This document shows positions 19,076 through 29,385 of a DNA stretch of 64,000 nt, piece by piece. The stretch covers positions 2,777 through 66,776 of the forward strand of contig VGTO01000001.1 in NCBI GenBank assembly GCA_016874655.1, written 5' to 3'. Under the pieces are notes generated by a model. The model searched no databases, was not told where the DNA came from, and was given only the letters and a program-made list of their open reading frames with translations. The first letter of the stretch is position 1. Each line of letters begins with the position of its first letter. The stretch comes from Bacillota bacterium. GTDB taxonomy: Bacteria > Bacillota > Dethiobacteria > DTU022. The translations under genes and the position numbers were made by a program.

Positions 19076-20476
19076 ATGAACCTGAAAGGAAGCGATGTCA
19101 TCGGGGCCTGTCAAGGCAAACTGCTGCAGGGTAGTCCTGAACAGCAGATTGCCGGCTTCACTATCGACTCGAGAGAGGTTACCCCGGGCGAACTGTTTAT
19201 TCCTTTCAGGGGAGAGAAGACCGATGGCCATCTTTTCATAGCCGATGCCCTTAGCCGTGGAGCTGCAGGGTCGTTGGTTGAAAGCGGGGCAGAAAACCTG
19301 CCACCGGTGGGAGAGGGAGTACTACTGATTGAAGTAGATGATTCTTTGGCGGCCTTGCAGCAGATCGCTGCCTGGTACCGCAAACAGTTTGCGCTTACCG
19401 TAATTGGGGTAACCGGTAGCAGCGGTAAGACAACGACCAAGGATTATCTTGCCGGAGTCCTGGCATCAAGGTTTACGGTTTTGAAAACCGAGGGCAATCT
19501 GAATAATGAAATCGGGCTGCCCCTGACTATTCTTAAGCTGGAAGAAAGCCATCAGGTAGCTGTACTGGAAATGGGTATGAGCGCACCCGGTGAGATTGAT
19601 AAACTGTGTAAAATTGCCAATCCCTCAATTGGAGTGATCACCAATATTGGTGAAGCTCATATTGAGTTGTTAGGATCGATAGAAGCGATTGAAAAAGCGA
19701 AAGGAGAACTACTTGATTACCTCGGCTCAGGCGGGGTAGCCGTTTTGAACGGCGATGATCCCCGCCTCCTAAAGCTTGGGGAACGCTACCCGGGAAAAGT
19801 CTATAACTACAGCTTTAACCAGGGCGATATAGAAGGCTTAGAGTTGTCTCAAAGGGGAGAAAACAGCTTTTTCCGGGTGCGTTTTCCAGATAAATCGGAA
19901 GGGTGGTTTAAGGCGCCCTTACCTGGACGGGAGTCGGTAAGCGATGCCCTGGCGGCTCTTACCGTCGGTTATATCCTGGGTTTAAGTGTGTCGGAGATGC
20001 AAAAAGGGCTTGAAATGAGCCAGACCTCGGCCGGCAGACTCAAGGTTTACCATACCGGTGACGATCTGGTAGTCATCGACGACAGTTATAATGCTAACCC
20101 CAGCTCGGTTAAAGCCGCTGTTGACGTGCTCTTTGAACTGGGCGGCCGTAACAGTGTTGCTGTTCTTGGCGATATGCTGGAGCTTGGGTCGACAGCACAG
20201 GAGGCGCACCAGGAGATCGGCCGTTACCTGGCTGAATCTGGTGTTACCTATCTGGTTACAGTTGGAGAGCTGATGCAGGCGGCAGCCCATGAAGCTTTAA
20301 TTGCCGGCATGACAGTTTATTCCTACCGGAGTCATGAAGAAGCTCTGCAGCGGCTCAGTATGCTTCCCCTTGCTCAGGGATGGCATATCTTAGTGAAGGG
20401 TTCGAGAGGGATGCATATGGATCAGATCGTTGTTGCGCTACTTGGCGGTAATGCGGAAGGAGCCGGCGGACAATGA
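19076..20476 (+). CDS. murF: UDP-N-acetylmuramoyl-tripeptide--D-alanyl-D-alanine ligase MurF
   Basis: 466 aa; Mur ligase P-loop GVTGSSGKTTTKD; N-terminus aligns with MurF rather than MurE. Confidence 0.85.
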   Translation: MNLKGSDVIGACQGKLLQGSPEQQIAGFTIDSREVTPGELFIPFRGEKTDGHLFIADALSRGAAGSLVESGAENLPPVGEGVLLIEVDDSLAALQQIAAWYRKQFALTVIGVTGSSGKTTTKDYLAGVLASRFTVLKTEGNLNNEIGLPLTILKLEESHQVAVLEMGMSAPGEIDKLCKIANPSIGVITNIGEAHIELLGSIEAIEKAKGELLDYLGSGGVAVLNGDDPRLLKLGERYPGKVYNYSFNQGDIEGLELSQRGENSFFRVRFPDKSEGWFKAPLPGRESVSDALAALTVGYILGLSVSEMQKGLEMSQTSAGRLKVYHTGDDLVVIDDSYNANPSSVKAAVDVLFELGGRNSVAVLGDMLELGSTAQEAHQEIGRYLAESGVTYLVTVGELMQAAAHEALIAGMTVYSYRSHEEALQRLSMLPLAQGWHILVKGSRGMHMDQIVVALLGGNAEGAGGQ

Positions 20477-21447
20477 TGACGAAATTATTGATTGCTCTGC
20501 TACTTGCTTTTCTGCTTTCGGTGCTTGCTTTCCCTGTTTTTATCAAACGCATGGATCAGCTGCAATTTGGCCAACAGATTAGGGAAGACGGTCCAGCCCG
20601 CCACGCCCAAAAAAGTGGCACTCCGACCATGGGCGGCCTTGTGATTATTGCCTCGGCAATGATTGCTTCGCTATTCACTGCCGGCCTGGCCAAGCCATTA
20701 CTAGTTGTTCTGCCAGTATTTCTTGGTTGTGGTTTACTGGGGTTTCTTGATGATTACCTGAAAATCGTCAAAAAACAATCGCTGGGCTTCAAAGCCAGAT
20801 CCAAACTATTCGGTATGTTGATCATCTCATTAGTCTTTATGGTTCTTTTAACATTAACCGACCTATATAATCCGGTTGTAAAAATGCCTTTTATTACTGA
20901 TCCGATAAATTTTGGGTACATTTATCCCTTTTTTGTCTTGTTGTTGATTACAGGTTTTAGCAACAGCGTTAACCTGACTGACGGAATAGATGGTCTGGCA
21001 GCCGGAACAGCTGCCCTGGCCCTTATAGCATTTGCCTACATCAGCTACCGGGCTGGAATTCCTTCCGTCGCTCTGTTCTGTGCGGCTTTAACCGGGGCCT
21101 GCTTCGGTTTTTTAGTTTTTAACCGCCACCCGGCGCGGCTCTTTATGGGTGATGTTGGTTCGCTTGCTCTCGGCGGTGTACTGGCCGCGGTTGCGGTGGT
21201 TGCGGCTGCCGATTTATTTTTATTGATTATTGGCGCTGTTTTTGTGCTGGAAGCGCTATCGGTGACCCTGCAGGTGGCCTCCTTCCAATTGACCGGAAAA
21301 AGAATCTTTTTAATGAGTCCACTCCACCACCATTTTGAGCTCAAAGGTTGGTCAGAATGGCGGGTGGTGAGTTTATTCTGGTTTGCCGGTTTACTTTTTG
21401 CCATAACCGGTATCTGGCAGTATAGCTTAGCGGCTGCAGCGCTTTGA
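20473..21447 (+). CDS. mraY: phospho-N-acetylmuramoyl-pentapeptide transferase MraY
   Basis: 324 aa polytopic membrane protein with the MraY motifs (NLTDGIDGLA; HHHFE). Confidence 0.9.
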   Translation: MMTKLLIALLLAFLLSVLAFPVFIKRMDQLQFGQQIREDGPARHAQKSGTPTMGGLVIIASAMIASLFTAGLAKPLLVVLPVFLGCGLLGFLDDYLKIVKKQSLGFKARSKLFGMLIISLVFMVLLTLTDLYNPVVKMPFITDPINFGYIYPFFVLLLITGFSNSVNLTDGIDGLAAGTAALALIAFAYISYRAGIPSVALFCAALTGACFGFLVFNRHPARLFMGDVGSLALGGVLAAVAVVAAADLFLLIIGAVFVLEALSVTLQVASFQLTGKRIFLMSPLHHHFELKGWSEWRVVSLFWFAGLLFAITGIWQYSLAAAAL

Positions 21448-21489
21448 GCTTAGCCTCTTAGGATAGATTGCACTAACGGAGGTAAGGTT

Positions 21490-22911
21490 TTGATTGATCT
21501 GATCAGAGGAAATGAGATCCTGGTGGTTGGCATGGCCAGAAGCGGAGTAGCTGCCGCAGAAGTGCTGGCGGGTGGTGGTGCGTCCAAAATCACTATCACT
21601 GATCGCAAACCGGAAGGTGAACTTCAGGAAGCGCTGATCAAGTTAAAACGCTATCCGCAAATAAAAATAGTTGCCGGTGATCATCCCTCTGATCTGGTGA
21701 CCGCTGATCTATCAGTAATTATAAAAAGTCCGGGTGTGCCGCCCAATCTGGAGATCTTTAAAAAAGCTGAAAAACTGGGGATACCAATTCGGTCAGAGAT
21801 AGAGCTGGCTTATCACTTCCTCCGCGCACCACTGGTGGGCATTACCGGCACCAACGGAAAAACCACTACCACGGCGTTGGTGGCAGAGATGCTCAAAAAA
21901 GCTCGCTTTGATCCGGTAGAGGCTGCTGGTAATATCGGCAACCCCCTAAGCGGCCTGGTCGGCAAATTCAGTGCCCAGGGTTTGATTGTCGCTGAACTAA
22001 GCAGTTTTCAACTGGAAAACATTTGCCACTTTAGGCCCTTTGTCGCTGTCTGGCTAAATTTTGCAGAAGATCATCTTGACTACCATGGTAATCTGGAACG
22101 CTACTTCCAGGCTAAATCCCGCATCTTTGAAAATCAGGTTGCCAGTGATTATGCAGTTTTAAACGCTGATGATCATGCGGTAGCCGGACTGGCCGGTAAA
22201 TATAAAGCAACAGTGCTCTGGTTCGGTCGCAAACCTGTTTCATCAGGATGCGGAGTTGATGGGGGGCTGATCAAGCTTTATAACGGTGAAGCTAACCCGG
22301 TTAATATTTGTTCCGTTTCTGAGCTGGCTCTACCGGGAGAACATAATCTGGAAAACGCCTTGGCAGCGGCAACGGCGGCCTGGGCTGCCGGTGCAGATCC
22401 GGAATCAATTGGGTTGGTTCTGCAGACTTTTAAAGCCATTGAACATCGGCTGGAGCTGGTTAGAACGTTTAACGGAGTTGACTATATCAATGATTCCAAG
22501 GGAACAAATCCGGGAGCAACAATCAAAGCCTTGAGCTCTTTTCCCGGGAAAAAGATTGTCTTGATCGCCGGGGGCAAGGAAAAAGGCGCTGATTTTACTG
22601 AGTTGGCTGAAGTAATCAGGCGCGAAGTGCGTCTGCTGGTCTTACTCGGTGAAACTAAAGATAAGATTGCTAAGGCAGTAGATAAAACCGGTTTTGATCA
22701 TTACCGGTTTGTCGCCACTTTAGAGGAAGCAGTTTACCTGGCTGCGCATGAGGCAAAAAAAGGCGATGTCGTGATGCTTTCACCGGCCTGTGCCAGCTGG
22801 GATATGTTTAACGATTACGAAGAGCGAGGCAAAAAGTTTAAGGAATCGGTAAGTCAGATGGTGACGAACTACTTGTTAAGCGGGGTGCAAAAACATGACA
22901 GCCAGACCTAA
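21490..22911 (+). CDS. murD: UDP-N-acetylmuramoylalanine--D-glutamate ligase MurD
   Basis: 473 aa; Mur ligase P-loop GITGTNGKTTTT; dcw position. Confidence 0.9.
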   Translation: MIDLIRGNEILVVGMARSGVAAAEVLAGGGASKITITDRKPEGELQEALIKLKRYPQIKIVAGDHPSDLVTADLSVIIKSPGVPPNLEIFKKAEKLGIPIRSEIELAYHFLRAPLVGITGTNGKTTTTALVAEMLKKARFDPVEAAGNIGNPLSGLVGKFSAQGLIVAELSSFQLENICHFRPFVAVWLNFAEDHLDYHGNLERYFQAKSRIFENQVASDYAVLNADDHAVAGLAGKYKATVLWFGRKPVSSGCGVDGGLIKLYNGEANPVNICSVSELALPGEHNLENALAAATAAWAAGADPESIGLVLQTFKAIEHRLELVRTFNGVDYINDSKGTNPGATIKALSSFPGKKIVLIAGGKEKGADFTELAEVIRREVRLLVLLGETKDKIAKAVDKTGFDHYRFVATLEEAVYLAAHEAKKGDVVMLSPACASWDMFNDYEERGKKFKESVSQMVTNYLLSGVQKHDSQT

Positions 22912-24028
22912 CTGTCATGAAGCTGACAGCGTTTTACTGTTAACGACTGTTTTGCTATTGGCCGTCGGCTTGGTTATGGTTTTCAGCGCCAGTTTTGTGG
23001 TGGCCGCTGAAAGCATGGGCGATCCCTACTATTTTCTAAAACGTCAGGCTCTCTGGACGGCCATCGGCCTGGTAGGTCTTTTCATCTTTTCTAAAATTAA
23101 CTATTTGGTGCTAAAACGGTTTTCGCTGTTTATTCTCTTTTTAAACTTTATTCTGCTCGGTTTGGTTTTTACCCCGCTGGGGACCGCGCTGGGAACGGAA
23201 GCCCAACGCTGGTTGGTCCTGGGACCGGTTGTTCTGCAACCTTCAGAATTCAGCAAGCTGGCCTTTATTATCTTTACTTCTGCCTATATGAGCAGCCGCA
23301 GCCTAAATGTCAGGCATACCTGGACGGCGACGATTCTGCCCTTGGCCATAGCCTTTGTAGCATTTTTGCTAATCCAGATCCAACCCGACATGGGTACAGC
23401 TTTAGTGGTTCTGGCTGGGGCCTTCCTGGTTGTTTTTTGTGCCGGAGTGCCGGTTTTCAAGGCTGCCTGCCTCTCGTTAATATCAATTCCACCGGTAGCT
23501 TGGTTGACACTACAGGAAGAATACCGGGTTCAACGGCTGTTTACTTTTTTCGATCCCTGGGCTGACCCTACAGGTTCCGGCTACCAGATTATCCAGTCGC
23601 TCTATGCTTTGGGTCCCGGTCATATTTTCGGCAGCGGTCTTGGACAGGGCCGCCAGAAACTATTCTATTTACCGGAGCCACATAATGATTTTATTTTTGC
23701 TGTAATCGGTGAAGAGCTTGGTTTCATAGGTGCGGTTACTATTATATTGCTCTATCTTTTAATGATCTGGCGTGGTTACCAGATAGCCGCAAAAGCACCG
23801 AATCTATTCAGCTCTCTTTTGGCTACCGGTATAACTTTTATATTCGGCCTACAGACGCTGATCAATATTGGGGTGGTAACTGCTTCAGTGCCGGTCACCG
23901 GGATTAACCTGCCATTGATCAGCGCCGGGGGCAGTTCGGTTTTCTTTACCCTGATCTCAATTGGCATTTTACTTAATATTTCCCGATATACAAGGGAAGA
24001 ATCCTCATTGATGGGGAGGGCGTCCTGA
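22895..24028 (+). CDS. ftsW: SEDS-family peptidoglycan glycosyltransferase FtsW/SpoVE
   Basis: 377 aa, ~10 TM SEDS protein; dcw position between murD and murG. Confidence 0.85.
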   Translation: MTARPNCHEADSVLLLTTVLLLAVGLVMVFSASFVVAAESMGDPYYFLKRQALWTAIGLVGLFIFSKINYLVLKRFSLFILFLNFILLGLVFTPLGTALGTEAQRWLVLGPVVLQPSEFSKLAFIIFTSAYMSSRSLNVRHTWTATILPLAIAFVAFLLIQIQPDMGTALVVLAGAFLVVFCAGVPVFKAACLSLISIPPVAWLTLQEEYRVQRLFTFFDPWADPTGSGYQIIQSLYALGPGHIFGSGLGQGRQKLFYLPEPHNDFIFAVIGEELGFIGAVTIILLYLLMIWRGYQIAAKAPNLFSSLLATGITFIFGLQTLINIGVVTASVPVTGINLPLISAGGSSVFFTLISIGILLNISRYTREESSLMGRAS

Positions 24029-25116
24029 TGAAATTACTGATCGGCGGAGGTGGTACCGGAGGCCATATTTATCCTGGACTTTCTCTGGCCAGATATCTGC
24101 TCTCGGTCAGCGCCGGCAGCGAGATTCTTTTCGTCGGCAGTGAAGCAGGGCTGGAGCAGAAGATCGTTCCTGCCTCCGGTTTTAGACTGGCAACCATACC
24201 CGCCAAAGGATTCCAGCGCAGTTTCAAACAGTTTGGCCTGGTTATCAGGAATCTCTATGGCGGAATCAGGCAGGCTGTTAAAATAATTGAGGATTTCAAA
24301 CCGGATGCCGTTCTTGGCACTGGAGGTTACGTAGCTGCACCCGTGGTCATCGCCGCACTGACTAAAAGGGTACCGGTCGTCATTCATGAACAAAATGCTT
24401 TACCCGGCCTGACTAATCGCTTGCTTGCGCCTTTTGTCAGCAGAGTTTGTATATCTTTTGCCGGGTCGGCTAAAAAAATGTCTCGTCTCAGCCGGGTTGT
24501 GCATACCGGAAATCCACGCTCGACGGAGGTCTTAAGCTTAAGCCGCGAAGAGGGTTGCTCAGCACTTGGGCTTGATCGGAATAAAGTAATTGTTTTAATT
24601 TACGGTGGTAGTCGAGGCGCTATGCGGTTAAACGAGGTGGTCACCGATTATCTTGTTGAGACGACCCTGCCACAGCAGATCGCGGTTGTTTTTGTAACCG
24701 GTGAACTATATTTTCAGGAGATCAGCGGCAAACTTAACCCGCTGCCGGAGCAAGTTAAATTATATCCCTATCTTAACCAAATGCCTGAAGCCCTGGTTGC
24801 CGCTAATCTTGTTGTTACCCGCAGTGGAGCGACCACTCTGGCCGAACTGACCGCCCTCGGCTTACCGGCAATTCTGATCCCATCGCCAAATGTAGTCAAT
24901 AATCACCAGTATTACAATGCAAGGATGTTATCAGACGTGGGGGCGGCAGTCTTGATCGAAGAAAAAGAATTTAACCGTAAAATACTTGAACAGGAGATTA
25001 ACCTGCTGATTGATAACCCGGATTTGAGAAGTGCGATGCAGGGAAATAGTAAAGCGCTTGGTGTAACTGATGCTGCCCAAAGGCTGTACCGCACTCTTGA
25101 GGAGGTTCTGTCATGA
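24028..25116 (+). CDS. murG: UDP-N-acetylglucosamine--N-acetylmuramyl-(pentapeptide) pyrophosphoryl-undecaprenol N-acetylglucosamine transferase MurG
   Basis: 362 aa; GGTGGHIYP N-terminal G-loop typical of MurG. Confidence 0.9.
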   Translation: MKLLIGGGGTGGHIYPGLSLARYLLSVSAGSEILFVGSEAGLEQKIVPASGFRLATIPAKGFQRSFKQFGLVIRNLYGGIRQAVKIIEDFKPDAVLGTGGYVAAPVVIAALTKRVPVVIHEQNALPGLTNRLLAPFVSRVCISFAGSAKKMSRLSRVVHTGNPRSTEVLSLSREEGCSALGLDRNKVIVLIYGGSRGAMRLNEVVTDYLVETTLPQQIAVVFVTGELYFQEISGKLNPLPEQVKLYPYLNQMPEALVAANLVVTRSGATTLAELTALGLPAILIPSPNVVNNHQYYNARMLSDVGAAVLIEEKEFNRKILEQEINLLIDNPDLRSAMQGNSKALGVTDAAQRLYRTLEEVLS

Positions 25117-26018
25117 GTATCGTTGAGTTGTTAAATCACAAGCTGATCAACGGAATCAAGGTCAACGAACCGATGGCTGATCACACCTCCTGGCAGGTCG
25201 GAGGCCCGGCAGATTACTACGTCAGTCCTGTAGGGTTAGATGAACTGGTTGAAGTATTAAGCGTTTGTTGTGAAAGAAAGATCCCCGCACTGGTCATTGG
25301 CAATGGCACCAATCTGCTGGTTTTAGATGGTGGCATCAGGGGTATGGTGATTAATATCGGTCCATCATTTTCGTACGTTAAACCCGTCGGCGAAAAACTT
25401 ATTGTTGGGGCTGGAACCCCGATGACACTGCTTGCTTTCACCGCCGCTGAAGAATCACTCAGTGGGCTGGAATTTACCGTTGGTATTCCCGGTTCGCTCG
25501 GGGGCGCGGTAATCATGAATGCTGGAGCATTTGGCGGTTATATTGGCGAAAAAGTTGGTCTGGTTAGATTGGTTAATCTGGAAGGTAAGCTTGTTGAATT
25601 GAAGCGAGATGAGCTTGAATTTGGTTACCGCACCAGCAACCTGATTGGCAAAGGTGTTGTTTATGAGATTGAGCTTAATCTAACAAAAGGTGAGCAAGCG
25701 GTATCCAAAAGACAGATTGATTATTTTCTTGCCGAGCGCCAACGCCGCCATCCCAATTTACCGAGCGCGGGATCTGTTTTCAGGAATCTGCCTGATCAAC
25801 CTGCCGGCCAGATCATTGAACAGGCTGGGGCCAAGGGCATTTGTATCGGGGGTGCCGAAGTATCAACCCAGCACGCCAACTTTATTGTTAACACCGGCAA
25901 AGCTACGGCGGCCGATGTTCTGAAACTGATCAAAACAGTACAGGCGCTGGTAAAAGAACAATATGGTCTAGAACTGAAACCGGAGGTAAAAATCGTCGGA
26001 GAGGAGCTTGCAGAGTGA
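25113..26018 (+). CDS. murB: UDP-N-acetylenolpyruvoylglucosamine reductase MurB
   Basis: 301 aa; FAD-binding domain (GGPADYYV...IGNGTNLL) and MurB C-terminal domain. Confidence 0.9.
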   Translation: MSIVELLNHKLINGIKVNEPMADHTSWQVGGPADYYVSPVGLDELVEVLSVCCERKIPALVIGNGTNLLVLDGGIRGMVINIGPSFSYVKPVGEKLIVGAGTPMTLLAFTAAEESLSGLEFTVGIPGSLGGAVIMNAGAFGGYIGEKVGLVRLVNLEGKLVELKRDELEFGYRTSNLIGKGVVYEIELNLTKGEQAVSKRQIDYFLAERQRRHPNLPSAGSVFRNLPDQPAGQIIEQAGAKGICIGGAEVSTQHANFIVNTGKATAADVLKLIKTVQALVKEQYGLELKPEVKIVGEELAE

Positions 26019-26806
26019 AAGGGACCGGGAAAAACAGCAATTTAAATCTAAAACGCAAAGAAATGACCGGTTGGAAAAGAGCCCTGCGTAATCTGTTCAG
26101 GCTAACTCTTCTGGCAAGTTTATGTTTTTTAGCGGTTCAAGGGGAATCATTTTTTACAATTACAGAAATCAGGGTTACCGGAGACAGTGCAGTGCCAACC
26201 GCGGATATCATCAGCGTTTCCGGTGCTGAAAGCGCACGCAACATTTTTATGCTGAGGGAGAAAAAGGCGGTTCAGAAGATTAAAGATAAATATCCACAGC
26301 TGGAAACAGTGGAGGTTACCCGTAATCTGCCCGGTTTGGTTGTGATCCAGGTCACTGAGCGGGTTCCGGTTGCCACGGTGATGACAGCAGATGGTTACTT
26401 TATGATTGACAAAAACACGGTTTGCTTTAATCTATCTGCAGAGCAAGATCAGACATACCCTTTGATTACAGGGCTTGACGGCAGTATAGGTCTACCGGGC
26501 CAACCGCTTGGCTGCCCGGTGAGGGCGAAGCTATTAAGAGATTTTTTTGCCCTATGGGCCGAAAGAGAGTTTATCGCACTAAAGAAGCTTGATGTAAGCA
26601 GCAGCTATAACCTGATTATCTATACCGCTGATCAGCTGGAGATCTGGCTTGGCGACAGTTCTTCTCTGGCAAATAAATTACTGCTGGTTGAAAGTAGTTT
26701 GCCCTATCTGCAGAAAGATGGACAGATTAAAATTGATGTGCGCTCCGGAAGTCGCCTGATCGTAGCCGGCAGCGTAGCAATCAGGGACAGGGAGGTGGAG
26801 CCATAG
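26015..26806 (+). CDS. ftsQ: cell division protein FtsQ/DivIB (POTRA domain)
   Basis: 263 aa; N-terminal TM followed by POTRA/FtsQ-type domain; sits between murB and ftsA. Confidence 0.7.
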   Translation: MKGTGKNSNLNLKRKEMTGWKRALRNLFRLTLLASLCFLAVQGESFFTITEIRVTGDSAVPTADIISVSGAESARNIFMLREKKAVQKIKDKYPQLETVEVTRNLPGLVVIQVTERVPVATVMTADGYFMIDKNTVCFNLSAEQDQTYPLITGLDGSIGLPGQPLGCPVRAKLLRDFFALWAEREFIALKKLDVSSSYNLIIYTADQLEIWLGDSSSLANKLLLVESSLPYLQKDGQIKIDVRSGSRLIVAGSVAIRDREVEP

Positions 26807-26897
26807 CGCGCAAAAAAGGGAAATTGTTAAGATGTGTTGAAGTATTCAAGTATTAGGACAACTGTATCCATGATTGGAAGGGTAAGGGGGTTTTACA

Positions 26898-28130
26898 GTG
26901 AGTAAAAGAAACTACCTGGTGGGAATTGATGTTGGTACGGCTGAGGTTAGGGTTGGACTTGGCGAACCCCGTCCGGACGGTACAGTCAATATTATTGGTT
27001 TAGGTCTGAGCCCTTCCGATGGAGTCCGCAAAGGTGTTATCGTCGACCTTGATAAAACAGTCGATGCGATTGCCACTGCGGTAGATGAAGCTGAACGAAT
27101 GGCTGGTTTAAAGATCGATTCGGCCTATGTTGGTCTGAAAGGTTTAAATATCGAGCTGATCAGTAATCGCGGAGTAGTGGCGGTGAGCGGCGAAGACCGT
27201 GAGATCAGGGAAGAGGATATTGATCGGGTTATGCAGGCTGCCAGAGTTGTGGCGCTGACCATGGACCGTGAAATTGTTGACATTATTCCCCGGGAATTTA
27301 TTGTTGACGGTTTTGACGGTATCAGGGATCCGCTTGGTATGCTCGGCGTAAGGTTGGAAGTTGATGCCCTGGTGGTGACCAGTCTGATTACTTCCCTACA
27401 CAACCTGTTGCGCTGTGTCAACAAGGCAGGGATTAACATCAGGGGCCTGATTTTGCAAGCACTGGCTAACGCTGAGATCTCGTTGTCGCCCGATGAAAAA
27501 GACTTGGGCGTTTTTCTTGTTGATATTGGGGCCGGAACAACTGAAATTTCACTCTTTCAACACGGAAAGCTCCAGAAAATGGCAGTAATTCCACTTGGGG
27601 GCGACCATATAACCACTGATTTGGCAGCCGGTTTACGCATCAATTATTTTAAGGCTGAAGAACTGAAACGCGAACATGGTTCAGCAAACCTGACCTATAC
27701 CGAGGGTGAACCGAAAATTGAAATCAAGACAGTAGGCAGCAATGAGCTCAGGCTGGTGTCGGAAAGAGAGCTCACTGGATTTATCGAGCCGAGGGTCCAG
27801 GAGATTTTGCAAATCACCAGAGGAGAAATGATTAAACTAGGCTGGCCATACTTGCCTCCGGCCGGGGTTGTTCTGCGCGGTGGTGTTTCCACGATGAAAG
27901 GGATCGTCGAAGTCGCCCGCCAACATTTCGAGAGTAACCAGGTCCGGTTGGCTAATTTTGATGTGGTCGGCGTTCAAAACCCTATCTATTCGACAGTGAT
28001 TGGCCTCTTATATTACGCTCAGCACAACCAGCCCCGGATGTTTACTGCCGAGAGAGGCAAATCGGCTAAACGCAAGGGTTCGGGTTTCTGGCAGCGTCTG
28101 AAAGACTGGATGACCGACATTATTGACTAA
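26898..28130 (+). CDS. ftsA: cell division protein FtsA
   Basis: 410 aa actin-like ATPase ([13 protein letters not shown]...); GTG start with GGGGG RBS. Confidence 0.9.
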   Translation: MSKRNYLVGIDVGTAEVRVGLGEPRPDGTVNIIGLGLSPSDGVRKGVIVDLDKTVDAIATAVDEAERMAGLKIDSAYVGLKGLNIELISNRGVVAVSGEDREIREEDIDRVMQAARVVALTMDREIVDIIPREFIVDGFDGIRDPLGMLGVRLEVDALVVTSLITSLHNLLRCVNKAGINIRGLILQALANAEISLSPDEKDLGVFLVDIGAGTTEISLFQHGKLQKMAVIPLGGDHITTDLAAGLRINYFKAEELKREHGSANLTYTEGEPKIEIKTVGSNELRLVSERELTGFIEPRVQEILQITRGEMIKLGWPYLPPAGVVLRGGVSTMKGIVEVARQHFESNQVRLANFDVVGVQNPIYSTVIGLLYYAQHNQPRMFTAERGKSAKRKGSGFWQRLKDWMTDIID

Positions 28131-28159
28131 AGCAGACCACTATTGGGAGGTGTTTTAAA

Positions 28160-29233
28160 ATGATCGAGTTTGATATAGAAATGGAACAGTTTGCTTCCAT
28201 CAAGGTCGTTGGCATCGGAGGGGGAGGCAGTAACGCTGTCAACCGGATGATTGCCGCTGGATTAAAAGGAGTCGATTTTTGCGCCGTTAACACCGATGCC
28301 CAGGCGCTTTATCTGGCCAATGCCGCAACTAAAATTCAGATCGGCGAACAACTGACCAAGGGTCTCGGAGCCGGGGCTAATCCGGAAATTGGACGTAAGG
28401 CAGCTGAAGAAAGTCGTGACGCCCTGGAAGCGATGCTTAAGGGTGCCGATATGGTATTCGTTACAGCCGGCATGGGTGGCGGTACCGGTACCGGAGCCGC
28501 ACCGATTGTGGCCGAAGTTGCCCGCAAGCTTGGCGCTCTGACTGTTGGGGTCATCACCAAACCCTTTACTTTTGAAGGCAATAAGCGCAAACAGCAAGCC
28601 GAAGAGGGAATGGCTGTTTTAAAGGAGAAAGTCGATACACTGATTACCATTCCGAACGATCGGCTGCTGCAGATTGTTGAAAAGAAAACCCCGTTACTTG
28701 AGGCTTTTCGGGTAGCAGACGATGTATTACGCCAGGGTGTGCAGGGTATTTCCGACCTGATCGCGGTCCCGGGCCTGATTAACCTTGATTTTGCTGATGT
28801 GCGGACGATTATGGCTGAAACTGGTCCGGCCCTGATGGGTGTCGGCCAGGGCAGCGGTGAAAACCGAGCTGCCGAAGCGGCGAAAGCGGCAACTAGCAGT
28901 CCGCTGCTCGAGGTTTCGATCGAAGGGGCGAAAGGGGTTCTGATCAACATTACCGGTGGATCCGATATCAGCCTTTACGAAGTCGAGGAGGCAGCCAGTA
29001 TCGTTTCCAGCTATGCTGATCCGGAAGCCAACATCATTTTTGGTTCGGTCATTGATGACAATTTTAAGGATCAGGTCAGGGTTACCGTTATCGCTACCGG
29101 CTTCAGGGAGGCCCAGCAAGCTTTTCGGCCCAAACTGGCAGCAGTTGGCGGTATTGCAGTAAATCGTGGAGAAAACTTAGATTCGCCAACCTGGTCACGC
29201 TGGCAGCAACAGGAAAGGATTGTAAACGAGTAA
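28160..29233 (+). CDS. ftsZ: cell division GTPase FtsZ
   Basis: 357 aa; tubulin signature [10 protein letters not shown] and NTDAQAL motif. Confidence 0.95.
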   Translation: MIEFDIEMEQFASIKVVGIGGGGSNAVNRMIAAGLKGVDFCAVNTDAQALYLANAATKIQIGEQLTKGLGAGANPEIGRKAAEESRDALEAMLKGADMVFVTAGMGGGTGTGAAPIVAEVARKLGALTVGVITKPFTFEGNKRKQQAEEGMAVLKEKVDTLITIPNDRLLQIVEKKTPLLEAFRVADDVLRQGVQGISDLIAVPGLINLDFADVRTIMAETGPALMGVGQGSGENRAAEAAKAATSSPLLEVSIEGAKGVLINITGGSDISLYEVEEAASIVSSYADPEANIIFGSVIDDNFKDQVRVTVIATGFREAQQAFRPKLAAVGGIAVNRGENLDSPTWSRWQQQERIVNE

Positions 29234-29322
29234 GCTAATATTAGTCTATTCACTCTAATCAGGCGGCTTTCTTCTAACAGGAGGGGGCTGCCTTTTTTAT
29301 CGAAAAAAAATAACATTTGTCT

Positions 29323-29350
29323 TTACACACAAGATGTTGTGTTCTATAAT
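29323..29350 (+). promoter_or_regulatory. putative sigma-A promoter of nrdR-nrdD-nrdG (-35 TTACAC, 16-nt spacer, -10 TATAAT)
   Basis: Hexamers at 29323-29328 and 29345-29350 read directly from the sequence. Confidence 0.5.
29327..29342 (+). promoter_or_regulatory. NrdR box 1 (16-bp palindrome ACACAAGATGTTGTGT) lying in the promoter spacer
   Basis: ACACAA/TTGTGT arms are perfect reverse complements; fits the NrdR-box consensus acaCwAtATaTwGtgt. Confidence 0.55.
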
Positions 29351-29357
29351 ATTCTAA

Positions 29358-29373
29358 ATGCAATATATTGATA
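29358..29373 (+). promoter_or_regulatory. NrdR box 2 (atgCAATATATTGata) between the -10 and the RBS; centre-to-centre 31 bp from box 1
   Basis: Perfect 10-bp palindrome CAATATATTG; the 31-bp (three helical turns) spacing matches the typical tandem NrdR-box arrangement. Confidence 0.5.
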
Positions 29374-29385
29374 GGAGGGCTCTTC

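Noticed and set aside
26806-26898. Direct repeat AGTATTcaAGTATT upstream of ftsA
   Set aside because: It is only two short copies in an AT-rich promoter region, and I could not assign it to a known operator.
28336-28950. 204-aa antisense ORF inside ftsZ (and similar antisense ORFs at 38145..38624 within divIVA, 13361..13810, 9430..9813, 1054..1425)
   Set aside because: They are low-complexity (Ala/Ser/Arg/Pro-rich) translations opposite strongly conserved genes. Their codon composition mirrors the sense gene, so they are typical spurious antisense ORFs.
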